From Macrostomum lignano (lineage: Eukaryota), in NCBI GenBank assembly GCA_002269645.1, contig NIVC01002567.1, positions 1 to 64,000 on the forward strand: a stretch of 64,000 bases of DNA, in the 5' to 3' direction. The notes beneath the pieces are model-generated. The model saw nothing but the letters and a program-made list of their open reading frames with translations. It was not told where the DNA came from and made no database searches. Shown piece by piece: positions 46,901-64,000 of this stretch (its first letter is position 1; the number at the start of each line of letters is the position of its first letter). The translations under genes and the position numbers were made by a program.

Positions 46901-49477
46901 CTGCGTGCTGCTCGCCGCTGGCCGCCTGCCGCCCCAGTTCGTTGGCGGCGGTGGCGGAGGCGGGCGGCATCATCAGCAGGCCACGGCTGCCAACTACTGT
47001 ATCGATTTTGCCAGGCTGCTCATGCTGGCTGCCGCTGACCGGGACTCAGCCGCGACCGCCGCCAGCGGTGCCGGCTCCGGCTTGTTGGCTCAGAAGTCGC
47101 CAAGTCACGCCGACCTTTGGGCTCGAGTTGGACGATTCTTTGTGACACTGGGCGGCGGCAAGAGGTGAGGAGATCGGGTTTTTATAATTGGTTAGCGGTA
47201 GCTTAAAACTCACCAACAGACTAGTGCGGAAAAACCACAGTACGTCAAGTGACCCCTCCTTGGGATTAATGAACTAGTTTCGGTGTAAGTCACGTGACCT
47301 ACTAACTTATGGGTCTGACAGAGTTCACGTGACCAACCAACTTATGGGTCTGACAGGTCACATGACCTCTGAACTTATGGGTTTGACAGAGGTCACGTGA
47401 CCTAACTTATGGGTCTGACAGAGGTCACGTGACCTACTAACTTATGGGTCTGACATAGGTCACGTGACCTACTAACTTATGGGTCTGACAGAGGTCACGT
47501 GACCTACTAACTTATGGGTCTGACAGGTCACATGACCTCTGAACTTATGGGTCTGACAGAGGTCACGTGACCTACTAACTTATGGGTCTGACAGAGGTCA
47601 CGTGACCTACTAACTTATGGGTCTGACAGGTCACATGACCTCTGAACTTATGGGTCTGACAGAGGTCACGTGACCTACTAACTTATGGGTCTGACAGAGG
47701 TCACGTGACCTACTAACTTATGGGTCTGACAGGTCACATGACCTCTGAACTTATGGGTCTGACAGAGGTCACGTGACCTACTAACTTATGGGTCTGACAG
47801 AGGTCACGTGACCTACTAACTTATGGGTCTGACAGGTCACATGACCTCTGAACTTATGGGTCTGACAGAGGTCACGTGACCTACTAACTTATGGGTCTGA
47901 CAGAGGTCACGTGACCTACTAACTTATGGGTCTGACAGGTCACATGACCTCTGAACTTATGGGTCTGACAGAGGTCACGTGACCTACTGACTTATGGGTC
48001 TGACAGAGGTCACGTGACCTACTAACTTATGGGTCTGACAGGTCACATGACCTCTGAACTTATGGGTCTGACAGAGGTCACGTGACCTACTGACCCTGGC
48101 GCAACGCCTTCGGCGACATCGTAGCAAAGATTTGATTTTATTCTCTAATAACTTGATTGCCGACCCCGCAGGACACCAGCTGGAGCCCCGGCGGGCAACG
48201 GCGGCGCCTCGGCAGGCAGCCCGGCCGAGCTGGGCTTCGCTCGTCGCTGCCTGCACCGCCTGTTGCGCAGCCTCCGCTCCGAGCAGCACGTCGACCTGCT
48301 GCTGTCGCTGCTGGCCAAGCTCACCTGCCTGGCCTGCACCGACCTGAACTCGCCAGTGCACTCCTCCTGTCCGCAGCTGTGGCCGGACCAGCTGCCAGTC
48401 CGCCTGCCCACCGCGCTTCATCGGGCCGTGACCCGGCGAGCTCTTGGCGAGCTGCTGGACACCGCAGTTCGGCTTCAGCCCGCCAACCCCAGCTGGCTGC
48501 TGACCAGGGCCGACCTGGCTTATGCAGAGCGCGAGCCTTCGCTGGCCCTGCGCTGCTACTTGGAGGCCGCCATCGCCGCTACCGAACTGTTCGAACGGCC
48601 CCTGCCGATTCAACTGTTTAGCGACGATGCTGTGCGCAGGATGGCGCGCTGCTGCGAGCTGCTTGGAATGCGCAGCTGCGCCGGTATATTGGCCCAGTCT
48701 GTGCCAGACCAGGTTAGTTGCCGACCGGATGTTGCCAAGGAAATGGGCTAGTTGCTATGGCTGCTTGCTTTGTTACTGGGCTTCTGTATGCTATGGGATC
48801 TGTAGATACAGTGCTAGGGCTGTTGGGTTTGTTGCTAGGGCTGTTGGGTTGGTTGCAGGGCTGTTGGGTTTGTTGCTAGGGCTGTTGGGTTGTTAGTTGC
48901 TAGGGCTGTTGAGTTTGTTGCTAGGGCTGTTGGGTTAGTTGCGAGGGCTTTTGGGTTTGTTGCGAGGGCTGTTGGGTTTGTTGCGAGGGCTGTTGGGTTG
49001 GTTGCTAGGGCTGTTGGGTTTGTTGCTAGGGCTGTTGGGTTTGTTGCTAGGGCTGTTAGGTTGGTTTCTAGGGCTGTTGGGTTTGTTGCTAGGGCTGTTA
49101 GGTTGGTTGCTAGGGCTGTTGTATTCATTTCTAGGCCTGTTACAGTGTTACCTTGGTTACAATAGCGTCTCTATGGAGCTCAATGACCTGTCCGCCCCAC
49201 CGCAGGCATCGGCTGTCCGCCTTCTGTCCGACCCGTCCGGCGTCCCGATCTGTCGGACTGCACGCTGCCCTACCTGTGGGATCTCAGCCTGTTGGAGATC
49301 CTCACTGTGTCCAGCGCCCGCCGCGGCGCCCTAGCCAAACGGGACAAATTCGTGCGCGCGGCCCGCGCCATGGAGCTGAACTCGTGCAACCGGCCCGACT
49401 GGCTGCACGAAGTCGAGTCAGCCAAGAAGGCCGAGTTTCTGCGCGCCCTGGCCGGCCTCCTGTTCGGCTCGATTTGA
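40937..49477 (+). CDS. INTS8: Integrator complex subunit 8, about 1066 aa, 7 exons; one apparent 1-nt frameshift in the last exon
   Basis: Exons 40937-41089, 43364-43902, 44263-44457, 45172-45400, 45894-47164, 48172-48712, 49206-49477. Motifs DWFNFVI, QLYHRWALRCLV, CLVHFELGQFYF, WLLTRADLAY..ALRCYLEA..LFERP..FSDDAVRRMARCC, YLWDLSLLEIL, ELNSCN..KKAEFLRALA match recalled INTS8 blocks. Confidence 0.88.
41134..41425 (+). mobile_element. tRNA-derived SINE, CORE/Meta-like central domain, (ATT)n tail; in INTS8 intron 1
   Basis: A-box TAGCCTAGTGG, decayed B-box GGTTCAATTCC, central GAGCAAGACATTTAAC...CTGTAAAATGGG resembling the CORE consensus, TATTATTATT tail at about 41398-41425. Confidence 0.75.
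41510..41845. repeat. 84-bp tandem repeat, about 4 copies
   Basis: TATATGCTGG anchor recurs at 41596, 41680 and 41764. Confidence 0.92.
41975..43335. repeat. 24-mer minisatellite, INTS8 intron 1
   Basis: GATTGGGTAGACACTACCAAGACT. Source of the spurious ORFs 42030-43477. Confidence 0.95.
43965..44205. repeat. 21-mer minisatellite, INTS8 intron 2
   Basis: ATCCAGATCCCCAATCTAAGA. Confidence 0.92.
45410..45775. repeat. 18-mer minisatellite, INTS8 intron 4
   Basis: GGGATCTGGGATCGGATT. Confidence 0.92.
47285..48090. repeat. 35/33-mer minisatellite with a 103-bp higher-order period, INTS8 intron 5
   Basis: GGTCACGTGACCTACTAACTTATGGGTCTGACAGA. The CACATG variant unit recurs every 103 bp (47526, 47629, ...). 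Confidence 0.94.
48800..49118. repeat. 21-mer minisatellite, INTS8 intron 6
   Basis: GTTGCTAGGGCTGTTGGGTTT. Confidence 0.92.
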
Positions 49478-49959
49478 TTTCTGACGCAAATGATAAAATG
49501 CATTTTAGACTAATTAGACTACTGATGACTCTCTATAGTAGTATGAATCGACTTCAATAAAACGGTTTTATCTGTTAGAATTTTTATTCAACGCCAAATC
49601 TAAAGAAGAGAAATTATGACCCGATTGTTTTTCTCTTTGTCTACTCATAGTAGCAAAGCAAAGATAAGTTACGATCATTTTTATTAATCTTTGCTGTGGA
49701 TGGCATGAGTCATGAGTCACAAGTTTATTGGCAGTGCAGTCTGGAGTCGCCTGATAATTATAAAAAAAAGTAGACTTTACTGTTGCTAAATTTAGACCCA
49801 TGTGAGCAAATGTAAAACAGCATACGCTCATAGTAGTGGGTTGGGTGTCCCCCAAACATGCGCATGTCAAGTGGGTTGACTGCCAAATTTGGCTGTGTTT
49901 TTTATCGCTGTTCTGACTGCGGCGCAAAATGAGCAGCTTGAGAACATATCTGAATTTCT

Positions 49960-50945
49960 GAGTCTACATTCCTCTGAGTCTGCATTCCCCTCTTGAGCCT
50001 GCATTCCCCTCTTGAGTCTACATTCCTCTGAGTCTGCATTCCCCTCTTGAGCCTGCATTCCCCTCTTGAGTCTGCATTCCCCTGTGAGTCTGCATTCCCC
50101 TCTTAAGTCTGCATTCCCCTCTTAAGTCTGCATTCCCCCTGTTAGTCTGCATTCCCCTCTTAAGTCTGCATTCCCCCTGTTAGTCTGCATTCCCCCTGCT
50201 AGTCTGCATTCCCCTCTTAAGTCTGCATTCCCCCTGTTAGTCTGCATTCCCCTCTTAAGTCTGCATTCCCCTCTTAAGTCTGCATTCCCCCTGTTAGTCT
50301 GCATTCCCCTCTTAAGTCTGCATTCCCCCTGTTAGTCTGCATTCCCCCTGCTAGTCTGCATTCCCCTCTTAAGTCTGCATTCCCCCTGTTAGTCTGCATT
50401 CCCCTCCTAATTCTGCATTCCCCCTGTTAGTCTGCATTCCCCCTGCTAGTCTGCATTCCCCCTGCTAGTCTGCATTCCCCTGGGAGTTTGCATTCCCCTC
50501 TTGAGTCTGCATTCCCCTCTTTGAGCCTGCATTCCCCTCTTGAGTCTGCATTCCCCTCTTGAGTCTGCATTCCTCTGTGAGTCTGCATTCCCCTCTTAAG
50601 TCTGCATTCCCCCTGTTAGTCTGCATTCCCCTCCTAATTCTGCATTCCCCCTGTTAGTCTGCATTCCCCCTGCTAGTCTGCATTCCCCCTGCTAGTCTGC
50701 ATTCCCCTGGGAGTTTGCATTCCCCTCTTGAGTCTGCATTCCCCTCTTTGAGCCTGCATTCCCCTCTTGAGTCTGCATTCCCCTCTTGAGTCTGCATTCC
50801 TCTGTGAGTCTGCATTCCTCTCTTGAGTCTGCATTCCCCTCTTGAGTCTGCATTCCTCTCTTGAGTCTGCATTCCCCTGTGAGTCTGCATTCCCCTTTTA
50901 AGTCTGCATTCCTCTTTGAGTCTTCATTCTCCTCTGAGTCTGCAT
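49960..50945. repeat. 20/21-mer minisatellite downstream of INTS8
   Basis: GTCTGCATTCCCC(TCTTAA/CTGTTA) units. Confidence 0.93.
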
Positions 50946-51411
50946 TCCCTCGTAAGGCTAGGTCTGAATTATTCGTAAAATATAACCCAGAAGTTATAAT
51001 AAAATGGTTATAACAGCAAATGAAGATAAACAATGCGGTATTTCGTTTGAGATCAAAGAGCGCGGAGCAGGAATGCCAGTCATCGCCCCCTCCCCCGCCC
51101 CCTCAAGTCTCATTTGTCAGTTCATGCGCCTTCCTGGCTTGAGCATTCCATTGTGCTGCTGGAGCGACAATGTTTAAAAAAGTCAGTCTGACTGGTTTAT
51201 TTACAGTCTCCATTTCACTGGCGGCTTTTATTAATTAGCCCCCCCTGCCCACTCGTCTGACTGCATTCCAATTTTGACTCTGGGGTGGCGTCTGCTTTCT
51301 CCTGCCCCTAATTTATGTCTGTTGCTGCCTGGCTGAATCCAGTTTAACTCTTTAGACTGAGCTTGAGTGGGTGGGGCACAGGCTGTGCTGCATCTGGCTG
51401 TAAGTGTTGCT

Positions 51412-51821
51412 TATCTATCTATCTGTCTATTTGTCTATATATCTATCTGTCTATCTATCTATATATCTATCTATCTGTCTATCTATCTATCTATATATCT
51501 ATCTATCTGTCTATATATCTATCTGTCTATCTATCTATCTATCTATCTGTCTATTTGTCTATATATCTATCTGTCTATCTGTCTATCTGTCTATCTATCT
51601 ATCTATCTATCTATCTGTCTATCTATCTGTCTATCTGTCTATCTATCTATATATCTATATATCTATATATCTATCTATCTGTCTATCTATCTATCTATCT
51701 TTTTATCTATCTATCTATCTTTCTATCTATCTATCTATCTGTCTATTTATCTATCTATCTATCTATCTCTCTATCTATCTATGTATCTATCTATCTGTCT
51801 TTCTATCTATCTATCTATCTT

Positions 51822-51908
<87 letters not shown>

Positions 51909-52179
51909 GTCTATTTGTCTATCTATCTATCTGTCTATCTGTCTATCTATCTGTCTATCTATCTATCTATCTGTCTATCTATCTGTCTATCTATCTATCT
52001 TTTTATCTATCTATCTATCTTTCTATCTATCTATCTATCTGTCTATTTATCTATCTATCTATCCATCTCTCTATCTATCTATGTATCTATCTATCTGTCT
52101 TTCTATCTATCTATCTATCTGTCTATCTATCTATATATCTATCTATCTATATATCTATCTATCTATCTATCTATCTATA

Positions 52180-52210
<31 letters not shown>

Positions 52211-52231
52211 ATATCTATCTATCTATCTATA

Positions 52232-52262
<31 letters not shown>

Positions 52263-52263
52263 A

Positions 52264-52296
<33 letters not shown>

Positions 52297-52351
52297 GTCT
52301 TTCTATCTATCTATCTATCTGTCTATCTATCTATATATCTATCTATCTATA

Positions 52352-52382
<31 letters not shown>

Positions 52383-52391
52383 ATATCTATC

Positions 52392-52422
<31 letters not shown>

Positions 52423-52511
52423 CTCTCTATCTATCTATGTATCTATCTATCTGTCTTTCTATCTATCTATCTATCTGTCTATCTATCTATATATCTATCT
52501 ATCTATCTATA

Positions 52512-52542
<31 letters not shown>

Positions 52543-52705
52543 ATATCTATCTATCTATCTATCTATCTATATATCTATCTATCTATCTATATATCTATCT
52601 ATCTATATATCTATCTATCTATCTATCTATCTATATATCTATCTATCTATCTATCTATCTGTCCATCTATCTATCTGTCTATCTATCTATCCATCATCTA
52701 TCATC
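51412..52705. repeat. (TATC)n microsatellite array, about 1.3 kb
   Basis: TATC with TGTC/TATA/TTTC variants on the plus strand. Confidence 0.97.
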
Positions 52706-52859
52706 TATTAGTTTCTGTCCAGGTATCCATCGCCATTTATCTACCCAAGCTGGTTCTCTAATCTACAGATATCAATGTTTCTGTTTACACTCATCGACCT
52801 ACTGAATGACCTGCAGTTGCCTACTTCCCAAACTGAAATAAAGACCCCTGTAGCTCGCA

Positions 52860-53400
52860 GTATCAGTTGCATCACGTGATGCAACTCTCGCCACCCTATG
52901 ACGAATGGACAACAGCGCCCCCGCCTACGCTCTGTGCAGCTGGCGGCCCCCAGCCCTGCTCCCTGGCAGGCCCGCTGGTTCGTTCGTTGGCTAAATTTAA
53001 TTCCATTCACACGGCGGCGCGGCAGGCACTCATGCCTTCACTACTGGGGGGGGGGGCTGCCAGAAATTCCTGCGCTCAGTGAGATCATTGTAAGATTATT
53101 TTAGCAACACGCGGGCTCTGCTTTGGCTACGCAAAGGGTCAACTAAGGGCGCAGCTGCCCAGAATGCTCTCACCATTCATACCCAAATTCTCTGTTTCAG
53201 TCTGCTCGGCTCTGCCCCAATTACTATTTGCCAGTTTGAATTCGCGCCAACCAGCGCGTCGTCATGGCTGGACCCACGCGGTGGCGGCCAATCAGGGCTC
53301 GGAGGGTGGGCGGCAGCAGAGTTAATAAATTGTGACATGAGAGCCGGCTCACCGCAACTGCTCACCTGAGCTATAAACTACGTCACATAAACGCAATACA
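52860..53400 (+). promoter_or_regulatory. Putative PTGS promoter
   Basis: CCAAT 53288-53292, GC box GGGTGGGCGG about 53306, TATAAA 53372-53377, ACGTCA 53380-53385, and a 22-bp palindrome at 52865-52886. Lies upstream of a perfect donor at 53561. Motif-based inference only. Confidence 0.45.
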
Positions 53401-53553
53401 AATTTCGCCTCGGAAAGAGAGACGTTTCGAGTTCTAAATTTAGAAACCGGCTTGCGGTCCGCCATTCTTCCGACAACTTCATAGTTGAAGGCTTTAAGCA
53501 CACACTTTACCCGCCACTCAGCAACCTGCTTTATACATATTAATACCGTGCTC

Positions 53554-63080
<9,527 letters not shown>

Positions 63081-63124
63081 GTGAGTGACAGCTGCTGGAT
63101 TCCACGAGTTCGTTGCAGTTTTAT

Positions 63125-63600
63125 CTCTCCAGGTGTGTCTGTTGTCATTGCCACTTCCCTCTCCAGGTGTGTCTGTTGTCATTGCCACTTCCCTCTCCAG
63201 GTGTGTCTGTTGTCATTGCCACTTCCCTCTCCAGGTGTGTCTGTTGTCATTGCCACTTCCCTCTCCAGGTGTGTCTGTTGTCATTGCCACTTCCCTCTCC
63301 AGGTGTGTCTGTTGTTATTGCCACTTCCCTCTCCAGGCGTGTCTGTTGTCATTGCCACTTCCCTCTCCAGGTGTGTCTGTTGTTATTGCCACTTCCCTCT
63401 CCAGGTGTGTCTGTTGTCATTGCCACTTCCCTCTCCAGGTGTGTCTGTTGTTATTGCCACTTCCCTCTCCAGGTGTGTCTGTTGTCATTGCCACTTCCCT
63501 CTCCAGGTGTGTCTGTTGTCATTGCCACTTCCCTCTCCAGGTGTGTCTGTTGTTATTGCCACTTCCCTCTCCAGGTGTGTCTGTTGTTATTGCCATTTCT
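63125..63600. repeat. 34-mer minisatellite, PTGS intron after exon 62511-63080
   Basis: CTCTCCAGGTGTGTCTGTTGTCATTGCCACTTCC, about 14 copies. Confidence 0.94.
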
Positions 63601-64000
63601 CTCAGCAAGTGAGCCTGTCGAACTGCCATTTCCCATGTGCTTGCTTTTCGTGTTTGCGGTGGCCCATAAAATCTCTTTATAGCGTGCATGAGATGGAGCT
63701 GAGGTCACTGCATTAACTTCTCTCTCTGCACACTGAAGCTTCGGCCATCACCATGTGGTTTGTTGCTGTGTGCGCTGCCCGCCAGACAGCGTGGATTCGA
63801 GCTCCGCTGCCATTCCTTCTCTCGCCCTACCCCAGGCTTTCGCCGTTCATTCCAGCCCATCCCACATTGTCTCTCAGTATTCTGAATTAATTGTAGACTA
63901 CACCATATTCTTCTGTCTGGCCCGTAAGATCTGTTTACGATAATTGAAAACATTGAATAATTAGTGATAAGCAAATTAAACATTGTGGAATGCTATTTTT

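Noticed and set aside
53415-53450. Second hammerhead (minus strand hairpin followed by CGAAACGTC)
   Set aside because: No CUGANGA core upstream and no stem I complement found.

Overview
Eukaryotic (animal) genomic DNA with GT-AG spliced genes, GC-rich internal exons and introns packed with minisatellites. This architecture resembles the free-living flatworm Macrostomum, which is my inference only. From left to right: (1) the 5' part of a Mag-type Ty3/Gypsy LTR retrotransposon (-, 1-3178) with LTR and PBS; (2) an 11-exon class I myosin of Myo1D type (+, 3798-20775); (3) a 6-exon KRI1 (-, 21611-28652) carrying a full-length mariner in intron 3; (4) BTF3/NAC-beta (-) and UQCR11 (-); (5) a LINE RNase H remnant and a strongly CpG-depleted AT-rich block; (6) a 7-exon INTS8 (+, 40937-49477); (7) the 5' end of a cyclooxygenase (PTGS) gene (+). 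The most unusual object is the inferred ~9 kb PTGS intron 1. On the minus strand it reads: tRNA-like Pol III head, ~1.8 kb (TATC)n, a near-intact Neptune-type Penelope-like element (RT + GIY-YIG) ending in a minimal dimer-type hammerhead ribozyme, then ~4.1 kb (TATC)n. A further GATA array in the opposite orientation lies on the far side of the putative promoter. Other notable items are a candidate IQ cassette exon in the myosin, a mariner with a D,E34D triad and in-frame acceptors that could fuse it to KRI1, direct evidence of CpG deamination from two copies of one SINE head, a CLEAR/E-box minisatellite and an AG|GT tandem array. Most frameshifts are single-base losses, including one in the essential gene INTS8, so many are probably assembly errors. 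All coordinates were read by eye; no database searches were run.
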